Of a DNA stretch of 64,000 nt, positions 23,730-37,932 are shown piece by piece. A program made the position numbers and the translations under genes. The notes beneath the pieces are model-generated. The model searched no databases. It was not told where the DNA came from and was given only the letters and a program-made list of their open reading frames with translations. The stretch is from Octopus vulgaris. Its lineage: Eukaryota. The DNA lies in assembly GCA_951406725.2 (NCBI GenBank), contig OX597837.1:21700001-21764000 (forward strand), in the 5' to 3' direction. Numbering within the stretch: the stretch's first letter is position 1; every line of letters starts with the position of its first letter.

Positions 23730-25670
23730 CTTTCAAAGGTAGATATTTCATTGCGTTGTCATAGTTTAGTAGTATGTTGCCCCATCGCTGCAACATGTTT
23801 GCAGTATGTACTGGGATTCTTTTCTTGGCTCCATAAATCGTTAGCAACAGGCGATGGTCTGTTTGTTGTCTAAACCGTCTACAATGTATAAACCTGTGGA
23901 ACTTTTTTATGCCAAATATAATCACCAATGCCTCTTTTTCAATTTGGCTATAATTTATTTCCATTGGCAATAGCGTTCTTGATGCATGAGTTATGGCCTT
24001 TTGGTTGTCATCTTCACATTTGTGTAGGAAAACGGCACCTATCCTGTACTCACTATAATCTGTTGCCAGTATCGTTTCCAACTTCGGATCGAAGTGTGTA
24101 AGTGACAAATCTGAAATTAACATGATTTTCAGTTCTTCAAACGTCTTCAGACATTTTTCTGACCAAAACCATTTGGCATCCTTTTTTAACAGCTTGTTTA
24201 GTGGAGTCCTTGTGTATGTTCGGGATATATACTCGATAGTAGTTTACCAAGCCTAAAAAATGCTTGTAATAATTTGACGTTCGTTGGGGGAGGCATATTG
24301 CGTATTGTCATTGCCCTTGATAGGTTTGCCCTTCGTCTCCTTTCGTCAGTTACTTGACCAAAATATTTGAATTTTTTCATCAAAAATTCACACTTTTCCT
24401 TTATTAGTCTAAACCCGTATTCATTTGTTTTTTGGAATACTTTTTAATATGTTCGAAGTATTGCTCTACTGTCTCGCACAGTGATTTTTAGTGATTTTTT
24501 TTTTCAACACTTAAATGGTTGTCTTTTTCATTTCACCTCGAAAAGTTACGTTGCAAATACATTCGCCGATGAAATATAATTTCTTTCCTGTAACACCATG
24601 TGCTACTTTATTTGATTTAAATAATTTCAACTTACCGATTTGTTGCCACATTTCTTCATATGATAGTGATGTTGCTATCCATGTCTAATTGCATTTTGAC
24701 ACCAGCGGTTTTGATTCTCATCTTGATGGATTTTCTATTTGTTGTGCAAACTTTTTTCTCTGGTAACAGGCTATTTATTTTTTCTCGTTTGGTCCAATTT
24801 AGTTCTGCAATGTGATTTAATATGTCTTGTGTTTCCACAATGTAAACACTTCGCTTTTTTGAACAGACACTCTTTTCTCAGGTACCTACCACTGCATGTC
24901 AGACATGGGTTTATCTCCTGATGTATATTGTGTTTTTTGTGAAACACCTTATCCATCTTCCAACTCTTCCACAATAGTTTTATCTGCAAACAATTTCTGC
25001 AATGGATTTCTGTGTCGTGCCTTACTTTTAATATCATATCGCACTCTGCTGATAGTTTCTGGGGAGTGATATCCTGGTTCATTTACAGCTTTGCGAGAAT
25101 TTTCATTCTGACTTCTGCGTCCTTTTTAGCAGTAAGTCCCTAAACATTCAGGCACTTGAATGAGTCTGGAGTTAGTATATCCAGCTTAAATCTCTCGCAC
25201 TCTCTGTTCACTCTACCCGCATATGTAGTAAAGTCTTCATCGTCGCTTTTTCCAGTGTTCAAACAGTTCCAACATGTGTTGAACAACGATGTTTTTTTCA
25301 CAAAATATCCTACATAAAACGTCAATTGTGTCCCTGAAATTTATGTCAGAAAATTTTTTAGGCAATACAAAGTTACAGTATTTCTCATGCACTGTTGTCG
25401 CCAGTTTCCTCTGAATTAAACGTGTTTTCATTTTCTCCATCCAGTCTTGGCATTCTTTTTCGAAAATTTGTTTAAATCTTCGTTAATATGCCTCGAAAGT
25501 GATTCCTTCTTCTGGATCATATTTAAATTCACTTATTGAATTCGCTACATGGTCTGGCGAAAACATATATTTAGGTTTTGTTACCAACTTCATTTGTTGT
25601 AGCATTTGTTGATGTAACATTTGTTGTTGCTGTTTTTGCAACTCAACTAAACCCTCTAACAAGTTTCCAT
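23730..25670 (-). pseudogene. Decayed Ty3/Gypsy (Mag/K02A2.6-like) gag-pol remnant
   Basis: Gag fragments with the zinc knuckle CLHCGNTRHIKSHC, protease-like MQLDMDS, RT thumb fragment, and RNase H (ILATDYSEYRIGAV...HASRTL...NYSQIEKEALVIIFGIKKFHRF...TDHR). Many stops and frameshifts; integrase absent. Confidence 0.85.
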
Positions 25671-25731
25671 TTTACGGATTTTTTTGTAAAATATATATAA
25701 CAAAAATGTCTGTTACTCTTCTGTTGAGTTT

Positions 25732-26068
25732 TTAATGGCATAGTTTCGGTTGTAGTAGCACAGATTTCCGTCGATTTCCGTAAAAAACTTTTATTTTTTT
25801 ACATAAGTAATGAGAGCGAAAGAGACTAAGAGGAAGCAATTTTATGACGAGAAGGTTTCTCTTTGAAGTCGGCCTGTGTGTGTTTGATGGGGTGTGGGAG
25901 ACAGACAGTATGTTGTGTAAGTGAAGTGCTTCTGTTAGTGTGTGCGAAGAGACAGACATACATATACACATACACCGAGTAAAAAATTACGATGAATCGG
26001 CCATACATACATACATACACACACATACATAGATACATACACACACACACATACATACATACATACAC

Positions 26069-26103
<35 letters not shown>

Positions 26104-26655
26104 TAGATACATACACACACACACACATACATGCAGACATACATATACACATACACCGAGTAAAAAATTACACTGAATCGACCATACATACATACACACA
26201 TACATACACACACACACATACATAGATACATACACACACACACATACATGCAGACATACATATACACATACAGCGAGTAAAAAATTACGATGAATCGGCC
26301 ATACATACATACATACACACACACACATACATAGATACATACACACACACACACATACATGCATACATACATATACACATACACCGAGTAAAAAATCAGT
26401 TATCTCTCTCTTTCACACATTACTCTCTCTGTCTCTTCGCACACACTAACAGAAGCACTTCACTTACACAACATACTGTCTGTCTCCCACACCCCATCAA
26501 ACACACACAGGCCGACTTCAAAGAGAAACCTTCTCGTCATAAAATCGCTTCCTCTTAGTCTCTTTCGCTCTCATTACTTATGTAAAAAAATAAAATTTTT
26601 TTACGGAAATCGACGGAAATCTGAGCTACGACATGCGAAACTTCGCCTTTTTAAT
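25732..26655. mobile_element. Foldback element with about 210-bp inverted arms and an internal CA/TA-rich tandem array
   Basis: 25743-25956 is nearly identical to the reverse complement of 26429-26642; interior repeats CATACACCGAGTAAAAAATTAC..GAATCG.CCATAC. Confidence 0.85.
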
Positions 26656-26702
26656 TTCTCCACGTGAAAAATTTTTCGACGTCGTCCACATGAACTGTTT
26701 AT

Positions 26703-26965
26703 ATCCCCATTGCCACTGTTATAATATGGATCCTCGTCCACATGTATGTGCCGTCGCCACTATTATGTTGTGGCGGTATTCTGCGTCTTATTTTCTTTGA
26801 CTCATCTATCATGTTATTGGTGATAGCTCCGCAAGACACGACTTTGTAACGCCTACCTTGACGGTAACTCGAACTCGTATATATCACATAACTGACACTC
26901 ACTCCAACTGAGAATTCGTACAACGACTCTACTACTCCAAACCGCCTGCAACGACTGACTGTCTG
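26703..26965 (-). mobile_element. Probable 5' LTR end and PBS of the Gypsy remnant
   Basis: Minus strand TATAACA|GTGGCAATGGGGAT, interpreted as a CpG-decayed ...AACA-GTGGCGACGAGGAT Mag-type PBS. Far LTR boundary uncertain. Confidence 0.5.
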
Positions 26966-26989
26966 ATTTTGTCATGTGGGAAAGGGTGA

Positions 26990-27690
26990 ACCATTTTCAC
27001 TACAACAATTTTTGAAAATCTTCGCTCACTGTTGTTCCAAACACTAATGCCATACCAGAGGCAAATTTCTTCAAATTTGAAAATTCATTATCAGGTAAGC
27101 AGCAATAAAATTCTACAAGTTTTCTTTCTCTGTGCTTCTTTTTCAACAAGTCATTTGCTTTCAAATCAATGAGCACCAACTATAGTCATCAAGGTTACAA
27201 TCAAACAGATTCCGGAACAGAAGAATTTCACTTTCAATTCTGTCATGATCTAAAAATCTCTTTAAAATGCTTATTTAAGTCAAGAATAACCTTCTTTGGG
27301 AACAGGAGGTTGACATCTACGATTCCAGCACGAAACTCTTGCAAAGTTTTCTACACTCACATAAAAATGCGTTCTTCAGTTGTTCTGTGTATTCTGCAAA
27401 TGGATGTCGATTCTTCTGTGATTTGAAAGTCCAAATTAACACCACAAATGAATACGAGAAGTTGTGATGTACTCTGCCAGAGAATACCACAAGAAGTTCC
27501 TAGCTTTCTCATGCATATGTAGCACTATGTTCTCTCCAAGTTCTCTTCTTCACAAAACTGAACTTTCTGAAAAGCTGATACTTCCAAACATGGCTTTCTC
27601 AAGACACAAATCATTTGCAGCTTCCATCATACACTCTTTGATGAAGTTGCCGTCAGTAAACGGTTTTCCTAGCTGCAAGAATGACTTATA
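26990..27690 (-). pseudogene. hAT (Buster/SPIN, GTF2IRD2-like) transposase fragment
   Basis: GKPFTDGNFIKECMMEAANDLC...FLWYSLA...SQLLVFICGVNLDFQITEE read across frameshifts. Confidence 0.7.
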
Positions 27691-28139
27691 ATATGTATTT
27701 TTAACTTTGATCCGTTAATAATAATAATAATAATAAGATAAATAGCCTGAGGACGCAGGATTTATGTATTAAGTATAGCCTTGATAAACACCCCACTAGC
27801 GCAGAAATATGTGTAGCGTTGATTAAAAATATCTTCTTTCCCCACAGGTAAGTTATATATATTTTTTCAAATAATTTTATTGTATTTTATAATAGGTTTA
27901 AAATACTTATATTATTTTATTGAATATAACTTTCTATGTGTATTCCAGACAATAAGGTTATCCTGAAATAGGAGTTGTGGTTATATTGGTAAAATTCCAA
28001 ATTTGTAATAATATTATAAATTATGCTTTAGTAAAGTGTAAAATAGTAAATGTCCTGATAACCTGGAATAATTATTATTCCCTGAGATTTTAAACATACA
28101 TACATACACATACATACATACATACATACATACATACAT

Positions 28140-28762
28140 GTATGTGCAAGCCAGTGTCAATGGTGGTTCCAGAAATCCTAAGCCTAGAAACTACAGCCTA
28201 GAAGATGAGCCTGAAAGATCTGTAGAGCTTGACAAGGTTGTCCTGCAAACCCTGGCGAAACAAAATCTCATTGTAACTGTGGAGTAACTATCAGGGAAGC
28301 TTGGATTTGGTTATTCAACCATTCATTGACACCTGTGCTAGAAGAAAAACGACCATCTTTAGTTTCAAGACTAAAGGTGTTCTTCCATCAGGATAATGCT
28401 TGGCTCATACTGCGAGGATGACATTTCAAAAGTTGGAGCAGTTTGAATGGGAAACGATGCCCCACCCACCATATCCATGGGACATTGTCCATCTGATTAT
28501 CATTTATTCCGCAGTCTTGAAAATCATTTGGACCAAAAAAATATGAATTCTGTAGATGAGGTCAAAATAGTACTGGAGGAGTCATTTTTCATCATGGCCA
28601 AGTGAATTTTGGAAGAGGAGCCTTGCAAGTCTACCAGATAAATGGAAAAGCATTGTAGAAAATGAAGGGGAGTATATTTTAAATTTAAAAAAAACTTTAT
28701 CTTAATTTGAAAAATAAAAGAAGTATTAAAAAAATGCATTGTTTATGGGATGACTCAATATA
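28140..28762 (+). mobile_element. Internally deleted copy of the mariner at 1940-3119
   Basis: Colinear similarity with a deletion between GACACCTGTGC and TAGAAGAAAA; same right TIR. Confidence 0.85.
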
Positions 28763-28825
28763 TATATATATATGTGTGTGTGTATATATATATATATGTG
28801 TGTCTGTGTATATATATATATATAT

Positions 28826-29240
28826 ACACGGTGTGTAAGGTATTTCAGGACATGCCTTTTTTGGGTCATTGCTGCATTTTTTGCTAACTCTGTATAATCT
28901 TTGTTTCAGAAAATAAAAATGGCAGACCCTCACCTTACTCAATGAAGAGGCATGCGGTTATTGTAGTTATGAAAGCTAAGCATAGCAATTTAGAAATATC
29001 TCGATTTTTAAAAGTTGCCAGATCTTCTGTCTACAAAGTTTTTAAGGAGCTAGAGACTGAAGATGGAAATGTATCACCAATATCAAAAGCCTAAAAAGCA
29101 TTCTAAACACTCTGAAATCACCAGAACACCTGAATTTATCCAGCAAGTTCAACAGACTATTGATTACAATCCCAGAAAGTCTATGAGATCAATTGCAAAA
29201 GATCTCCATGTGTCAGAAATGATATCCACAAAGACATCAG
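28826..29240 (+). mobile_element. Tc1/mariner (maT/DD37D-like) transposase N-terminal remnant
   Basis: KRHAVIVVMKAKHSNLEISRFLKVARSSVYKV...RTPEFIQQVQQTIDYNPRKSMRSIAKDLHVSE (paired HTH). Confidence 0.6.
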
Positions 29241-30858
29241 ATATGTTCTGTTGTTGTAATTGTTGATTTGTAACAAAATAATCTTGTTTTTAGCTCCACA
29301 TTCTATAGCAACTAATGGCTGATAGATGAAGCTCTTCCAAATGTAGGACAATGTTTTCAGCTGCGCCTATTCTTTAATTAAGTGAATCAAGACATAGAAT
29401 TTAGTGTCAAGCCTAGATACATCATGAGATGTCTGATGTAAAATGAATTAGTGACCCATTAGGCTGGGATGGGTGTCTGGTCCTTATCCTTTCTGTTATG
29501 TGTGGATATATAGGTGCAGGCATGGCTTTGTGGTAAGCAGTTTGCTTCCCAATCACACATATAAATACACACACACTTTATATATGTGGCATGTAAAAAG
29601 CACCATCCGTCCGTGGCCATTTGCCAGCTCTGGGTGGCACGTAAAAAGCACCCACTACACTCACAGAGTGGTTGGCGTTAGGAAGGGCATCCAGCCGTAG
29701 AAACACTGCCAGATCAGACTGGGCCTGATGCAGCCTTCTGGCTTCACAGACCCCAGTTGAACCGTCCAACCCATGCTAGCATAGAAAGCGGACGCTAAAT
29801 GATGATGATGTAATATATAATATATATATATACATGCATATATGGGTACAGGATGTCAGCAATGGTGCAAATAACATGAACTACGTAAACAAGGAGAAAA
29901 AAATGGAAAACAGGACAAGTAAACACAGTGTCAGCTGTTTATCTCATCCTCATTTTGAGCATTCAACGACAATATGAGTCTTCAAAGACAGTTGCTCCCA
30001 TAAATTCTAAAAAAAAATTTAGAATTTATGGAGTTGTAAACAAAAGCAGGACAGCGGAGACATATAAGGAAACCGGATGAAAACAGACATGGAGGGTCGT
30101 TAGACCAGAATGAGAGGAAAATAGTAAACACTGGGAGAAACAGGTTTTTGAAAAGAGAATAGATAGAAGAGAGAGAGAAAAACACATCCGCTTTTTGGAA
30201 CATCCTTGCAAGAAAAGAAAGATGGTCACATGAGGAAATGAAAGACGGACGATGGTCATGTGTGAGCAATGAGAGAGAGAGAGAGAAAAAACAGTGGAGG
30301 GAGGGGGTAAAATGGAATTAGAGAAGGATGGAAGAAGAAAACAGTATAAAGAGTTGCATCAAAAAGGTGAAGATAAATTTACTTATATGTGTGTGTGTGT
30401 GTGTATTTGTCCCCATCACCACTTGACAAATGATGATGGTGAGTTTACATCACTATAATCTAGCAGTTTAGCGAAAGAGACCAATAAGACATGAGCCAAT
30501 CCTAAAAAACTGGGTTCACTTCATTCAACTAAAAATTGTTCAAAGTAGGGCACTAGCATGGCTGCAGTCTAATGACTGAAACAAGCAAATGATAAATAAT
30601 GATACTTGCTTAATAAGAATTGTATGTTTAATAATTTAATTGTGAATGACACATATCAGATTCATGCATCATTATGAATTAACGTGAATTAACCAGTTTT
30701 ATTTCATGTGAAACTATTATATTGTAATGTCCCAATGGACTTATATCTCATTTATAGTTTTGAAAGTGGCATCTTCAGAATGAAATTCTTCCAAGGTGGT
30801 GCCCCAGCATATCTACAGTCTAACAACTGAAACAAGTAAAAGACATACATACATACTC

Positions 30859-30899
<41 letters not shown>

Positions 30900-31093
30900 C
30901 AACCCGTGCTAGCGCGGAAAACGGACGTTAAACGATGATGATGATCATCATCATCATTATCATCATCGTTTAACGTTCGGTTTCCATGCTAGCATGGGTT
31001 GGACGGTTCGACCGGGGCTTGGGAAGCCAGGAGGCTGCACCAGGCTCCAGTCTGATCTGGCAGTGTTTCTACAGCTGGATGCCCTTCCTAATG

Positions 31094-31131
<38 letters not shown>

Positions 31132-31613
31132 CATACGTGTGTGTGTGTGTATAAAAGATATAGATTGATGCCTTTATCATCTCCAAAAACATCACTATAA
31201 CTTTCTGTGCCAATCCCTGACTCTTAAACTTCTTAGGTCTTGGAGCAGTGCCATCTTCAGGCATGGACACACTGGGCAATTGTTCTTTTTACGCTATGGC
31301 TTTTTGTCAATAAATACTATAGGGCCCAGTGCACTGGTCTTATCTGGAGTCTATAACATTGTTAAGATGGCCCTGTCTTGGAGAAGAGGTATGATACCAT
31401 TTTCATCAACTGAGCTTTCATTTCTGGATCATAAAGATATGGCCATATTACATCCCCTGTCACCAGATTGGTAAAAACACATTTTCAATGCTTCAAATGC
31501 TTCCAGCAGATCAAACCAGGCTTCCACCCTTCAAATTTAGTGTCAGCTCTTAACACATCTTTAGGTATGTATTTTGCACACATTTCCTTTTTGCCATACG
31601 AGTATGGGTTACA

Positions 31614-31893
31614 CCAGTGGTTCCCTAAGTGGGCGGCACTGCCCCCACCTCCCGGGGGACGGTGGAAAGATCATGTGAGGGCGTTGAAGAAAAGTTGGGT
31701 GATAATGGGGTGGCATAAAGGGGGTGATGAATGTAAAAACAACAAAATAATGGGTTTATTAGGTTAAGTTTTATTTGTGATATACAGTTATTTTGAATTT
31801 GCTACAGAAAGTGGTCTATGAATGTGGCAATGAGGGGAGAGGCACGAGGAATGTGGCAAGGCTACCAAGGGAATGACAGCCCAACAAAGTTTG
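31614..31893. mobile_element. hAT Charlie-type MITE (MER5-like)
   Basis: CAGTGGTTCCC...TTTGGGAACTGCTA ends. Confidence 0.55.
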
Positions 31894-33303
31894 GGAACTG
31901 CTAGGTTACACGGATATATTATTGAGGCATTATTATGTAGATAGTATAAGTGTAGGGACGATTTGCTTGTGGGGAGGGTGCAAATCTGATTTTTCTGGAG
32001 GATGTTCAAAGTGTTTTCACTGCCTCCAAAATTTTTTTAGGGAGAGCGTGCTTGCTGCCCACTGTTCCTGAGGATGCCCTTCCTTTCACCAACCCTTGCC
32101 TGTTTCTCAATTAATGGATTTCTTATTTCACAAGTCTTCAAAGGTATGAAGCAAGCAGATGATTTGTGGACAGAAGTGACCCCTACAAACACTGCTTGTA
32201 GCTTGTGACTTATACAAAACAAATGTGAAACACACAATGGGTTTCTTTTGGTTTCTAGCAACCAAATTCAGTCACAAGGCTTTGTTTGGCCTAGGGCTAT
32301 AGTAGAAGACACCCAACATAATTATGCAGTGGTACTGAACATGAAATTACATGGTTAGTAAGTAAACATTTTAACCACAGAACCAGAAATTCACAGCACC
32401 ATAAATTCGTTAACAATAGCATTTGCGATGTTGGTCTATCACTGTTATACTGCCACTGGATTTTATATACATGCATATATGTATGCATGTAAAACATATA
32501 CACATGTATGCAAATGTATGTATACATACATGCAAACATATATATATATATATATATTTTGGTATGATATGAATAGATTATATATTGAATAAATATGCAA
32601 ATATACGTGTGCGCGCATGTGTATTAATATGTGCACAAATGTGTATACAAAAATAAGTATGTTATATATGAGTGTATGTATGTGTGTGTATATATATATA
32701 TATCATACTAGCTTTTCTCGCCATTTATAACTTCAAAAGAATGAAAACTATTAGTTATGTACGGATGTTGTGTTGGCTCCTATTTTTACCATGCAAGAAA
32801 ATATGTTAGCGGACTGTTAACACACATGTTGAGAAGGGGACGACTTCTGCTTTTGAACTTTTACTTTACTTTTTCTTGTTGGTGTTGCTTTTTTCTTCTT
32901 CTTTTCTTTCTTTTTCTCACCTAGTACAGCCGACATTGTTAAGCAGACTTCCCAAAATTAGAAAACATAAACTAAACATTTCGATAATTAATGGTAATTT
33001 AAACAAATGCAATGCTAGTGTTGTAGCAAAAGTTTTTTGTGTTTTTCTCTCACTTTTTCCTTTTCTTTTAAAGCGATGTACCTCAAACAAAAGCGTGAAT
33101 TAAAACAGTCGGGAGATAAATCAATAACCAAAAGGGAAACTGCATTGATCAAATGAATAAAAGTCTTGGCCTTTTGACTAACAACAACAGATTAACTAAA
33201 ACACCTCTACCTTTCTTTCCATAGACTCGAAACCCTTTGGATTGTGACTAAGTAACTCTAACCCATAGAGACTTGACAACCCAAGAATTAAAACTGAGGG
33301 ATT

Positions 33304-33826
33304 TACCTTAAATCCTTAAGTATAGTCCGCCCTTGAGTATAATACACAGGGGATTTTTAGGGGGTGTACCTCTGAAAAATCTAAACCTTGTGTATAATAA
33401 GCACCCCTTCTCTAACTTGAGTCATGCGTAATTAAGCCAGCAGCACCTAGTCGAACAAGCACTTCTGCACATGCGTAATACAATAACGGTGGTGTTCTTA
33501 ACTGTTATATGGGAATGTAAATATGTTTGCAAATTGTTTGTTACATGTTATTCTGTGTTCTGAATACTTTTATTTTAATAAATGTTGCCTACTGCAAGTT
33601 ATGGATGATCCCTTTATGACTTCATTGTTTTCAGGCTTAGCTTAAGGTATTTTCGCGCCCTACATCACAAAATGCATCTGAATAAACATTGCTGGACAGC
33701 AAATAGAGACTCAAACATTGCTTAGAAAATAATTTTCATTTTTAACCTCGTATATAGTACGCACTAAGGAATTTGACCTTTAAATTTTGGGAAAAAAATG
33801 CGGATTATACTTGAGGATTTACGGTA
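33304..33826 (+). mobile_element. Tc2/pogo-like TIR MITE, copy 1
   Basis: TA|CC(G/T)TAAATCCT..AGTATA...TATACTTGAGGATTTACGG|TA. Confidence 0.8.
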
Positions 33827-34354
33827 ATTATATTTTTCATTGTTCAATCAGGAGGGAATAACTTCACCTATCACTCTTAACAGGGCCTCTGAGATTGCCG
33901 AAAAGGATGTGGGGAGGAAGGCATCTTTGATATGGAAACTTAGCCTGAATGCTTACTATAGAATGGAGTCCTGATTTAAGGTGCCAAAGAGCCAAGTGGT
34001 GGCATTAAATGAGACAATGAAGTCTATTTACCCACGTAGGCCATGATGGATGTTAATGGGAGTCAAACTCAAAACAGAAAGAGCTGGAATAAATACTTGC
34101 AAGGCATGCCATCCCATTCCATGTCATAATGATTCTGCTAGTCCTTTATTCTAGATTGATATTTCATTAACCTTGGAAGAAGAGAAGGCAAAGTTTACCT
34201 CAGGGGGATTCGAAATCAGAATGTAGGAAGCTGGAACCATAGGGCATTTGGTTTGATCCTCAACTAGTTTGCCATCAATGCAGTGGACAGTATATATACA
34301 CTATGCCCAATATTTTTGTACAAATCATCTCAGATGTATAATACTATTTCAGCT

Positions 34355-34760
34355 GGTACAAAGCTATATGGCTCAGAAACCTGGATGTTATCAAAGAAGC
34401 TTGAGAGCCGGTTGGATGGAACTTACACTCGCCTCCTTATGAGAGCTCAAAATATCTCGTGGAAGTGTCATCCAACCAAAGTACAAATATATGGGAAATT
34501 ACCACCTGTATCATCTCTTGTGAAAGGTAGAAGAGTCCAGTTTGCTGGACATTGTTGTAGAGCTGAAAACGAAGTAATTTCTACTCTTCTCCTCTGGAAG
34601 CCATCTGCTCACGATACCAGAGGGCGCACACTCTCCTACCCTGATGTAATCTCCAGGGATACAGGCATCCAGCAACAAGACCTCCGTAATGCTATGATGG
34701 ACCGTGAGGTCTGGCATAACATAGTAGATTCCCTTGTCTTGACCACGGTCAAACAATGAA
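34355..34760 (+). mobile_element. RTE-clade LINE ORF2 3' fragment
   Basis: LYGSETWMLSKKLESRLDGTYTRLLMRAQNISW...RRVQFAGHC. Confidence 0.8.
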
Positions 34761-36039
34761 TGACATCTCTGGCCCTAGCATTACAAATTCTTGTTTTCCA
34801 GAAGTGGCGTATAAAACAGTGGAAAGAAATACAAGAAAATGAGATTTCACAAACTGCTACACTTTATTCATCTGTTAAATAAAATAATAATACAGTGAAC
34901 CAGGTATTATTATCACGAAGACAACTGTCTGTAGGAATCATATATAATCAGCTTATGTAGGCTTAGGAGTGTCTGTGTGGTGAGTAGCTTGCTTACGAAC
35001 CATATAGTTCCGGGTTCAGTCCTACTGCATGGTGCCTTGGGCAAGTGTCTTCTACTATAGCCTCGGGCTGACCTAAGCCTTGTGAGTGGATTTGGTAGAC
35101 GGAAACTGAAAGAAGCCTTTCGTATATACGAGTATATATGTATGTGTGTCTGTATGTTTGTGTGTCTGTGTTTGTCCTCCCAACATCGCTTGACAACCGA
35201 TGCTGGTGTTTTTACGTCTATGTAACTTAGCGGATTGGCAAAAGAGACCGATAGAATAAATTCTAGGCTTACAAAAAATAAGTCAATTTGCTCGACTAAA
35301 GGCAGTGCTCCAGTATGGCTACAGTCAAATGACTTAAACAAGTAAAAGAGCTTCTCAATTCAGTCAGTTTTTGCTTCAAAAACAGGAACAAAATGATGTG
35401 ACATAGCTTCCTTGAAAGCAACTCTTCACTCTGAAAATTCTCTTATTTATTTATAGAAAGAGACTCAACAGGCATTTGATTTTGCTGTGCTGGTTGGTCT
35501 GTTGCACAAAGCTGTATCCCATGTAAAAGTAGACCAACCCAAGAAATGGGCTCATTCAAGTATTACACAATTACACAACTGTGACCAATCGTTAGGAACA
35601 TGCAGGATGAGCTATTTAACTAATTAAGCCTAAACGAGCAATTTATGACAACAGTCTCGCTACACTATGTCTAATATATTTCTATAAAGCATCCTCTTGA
35701 TAAGAATAGACTTAGAAAAGATTTGCATTTCATTACTGACAGAATGGTAAACCTGGTTGAATTTATTTCTTAAGTATGACAGTAGAGTATGTTTCTTTAT
35801 TACCCACAAGGGGCCAAACAAGGACAGACAAACGGATTAAGTCGATTACATCGACCCCAGTGCGTAACTGGTACTTAATTTATCGACCCCGAAAAGTCGA
35901 CCTCAGTGGAATTTGAACTCAGAACGTAATGGCAGACGGAATTCGGCTACACATTTAGCCCAGCGTGCTAACGTTTCTGCCAGCTCTGGTTTCCAATTTT
36001 GGCACAAGGCTGGCAATATTGGGGAGGGGGTAATTTGAT

Positions 36040-36536
36040 TACCGTAAATCCTTGAGTATAATCCGCAATTTTTTCTCCAAAATTTAAAGGTCAAAATCCC
36101 TAGTGCATACTATATACGAAGTTAAAAATGAAAATTATTTTCTAAGCAATGTCCGAGTCTTTATTTGCTGTCTGGCAATGTTTATTCAGACGCATTTTGT
36201 GATATCGGGCGTGAAAATACCTTAAGGTAAGCCTGAAAACAATGAAGAGTCATCTATAACTTGCAGTAAGCAACATTTATTAAAATAAAAGTATTCAGAA
36301 CACAGAATAACATGTACAAAAACAATTTGCAAACATATTTACATTCCCATATAACAGTTAAGAACATCACCATTATTGTATTACGCATGCACAGAAGTGT
36401 TTGTTCGGCTAGGTGCTGCTAGCTTAATTACACACAACTCAAGTTAGAGAAGGGGTGCGTATCATACACAAGGTTTAGGTTTTTCAGAGGTATAGCCCCT
36501 AAAAATCCCGTGCATTATACTCAAGGATTTACGGTA
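36040..36536 (-). mobile_element. Tc2/pogo-like TIR MITE, copy 2 (inverted), inserted at a TA in a family-A SINE
   Basis: Reverse complement of 33304-33826; host SINE is split as GATTA[element]TACATC. Confidence 0.8.
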
Positions 36537-37887
36537 CATCAACCCCAATTTTCAAAGGGTATTATTTTATCAACCCCAAAGAGGATGAAAGGCAAGGTTG
36601 ACCTCCACATAATTTTAACTAAGACAGATGAAATACTGCTAAGCATTTTGCCTGGTATGCTAACAATTCTTCCTCCTCACCACCTTAATAAAAAATACAG
36701 TAATATCAAAAATACAGACAACCATGCTGTTTAGTCTCAGGTTTGATTGAGCAGGCCTATACACACATATTTATATATTTGATGGGCTTCTTTCAGTTTC
36801 TTATTTCTTTACTGCCCACAAGGGGCTACACACAGAGGGGACAAACAGATTAAGTCGATTACATCGACTCCATGGCGTAACTGGTGCTTAATTTATCGAC
36901 CCCGAAAGGATCAAAGGCAAAGTCAACCTCGGCGGAATTTGAACTCAGAACGTAAAGACTGACAAAATACCACTAAACATTTCACTCGGCGTGCTAACGT
37001 TTCTGCCAGCTTGCCGCCTTCTTTCAGTTTCTGTCTACCAAATCCATTTGCAAGGCTTTGTGTGGCCCTGGGCTATAGAAGAAGACACTTGCCCAAGGTG
37101 CCTTGCGATGAAATTGAACCAGAGACCATATGGTTGGAAAGCAAACTTACCACACAACAATGCTTGTGTTGTAAAAGAGTTTCATCGTCTTTCTTTTCCA
37201 ATACTCTGTGTAAACACCTGGCCACATGTAAATATTACCTTGCTTGGATACAGATGACAATTGGCAACAGGAAGGGCATCTAGCTGTAGGAAAATCTGCC
37301 TTGATAAACTCTGTCCAGCCCATGTAAGCATGAAAAAGTGGACGTTAAAATGATGATGATGGTGGTGGTGGTGCTGATTGAGGTATAAAAATGCCTTTGA
37401 ATTGTGAAAATAAGCCTCATTATTTTTTGTAGATTAAACTCACCGAAACATTTTAATTACTAGAAAAAACTGGAGGAAGCTTTCTTTTTTTTCTATTCAC
37501 AAAAGAAAAGTTCATATTTTCAGTCTAAAGATATGTTAACCAACTTCTTTACAAAATTTCCACCACATGTTTATTGAGCAGGAACTAGTGCCCCTCCTCC
37601 ACCATCAAAAGCTGACTAAGAATGCTCTCTTCAATTCATTATACTCTGGCAACTCCACTAGCATAACCACAAATCACCTCATTCCCTACCAACAAAATCC
37701 AATCATTATCACCACCATCACTGCTCATCTCGAAATATCCTTTTGCTGTAGTTTTGCTTCACGAGAGAAGCTTTGCTCCGAGCTATTTACCCTGACAAGC
37801 CAACCATTAAATTGCTCTAGTAATTACAGCTAATTACTACAGCAGCATCACAGGCCTTGTGTGTTTCTGTGTGTATAAACACACAAG

Positions 37888-37932
<45 letters not shown>

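Noticed and set aside
25826-26384. CVYVC-rich ORFs and a regularly spaced repeat resembling a CRISPR array
   Set aside because: Spacers are microsatellite, not unique; eukaryotic context with no cas genes; this is the interior of a foldback element.
31200-31590. Possible host exon on the minus strand
   Set aside because: VTGDVIWPYLYDPEMKAQ resembles a decayed mariner VTGDETW..YDPE.K.QS motif; a TE relic too degraded to bound.
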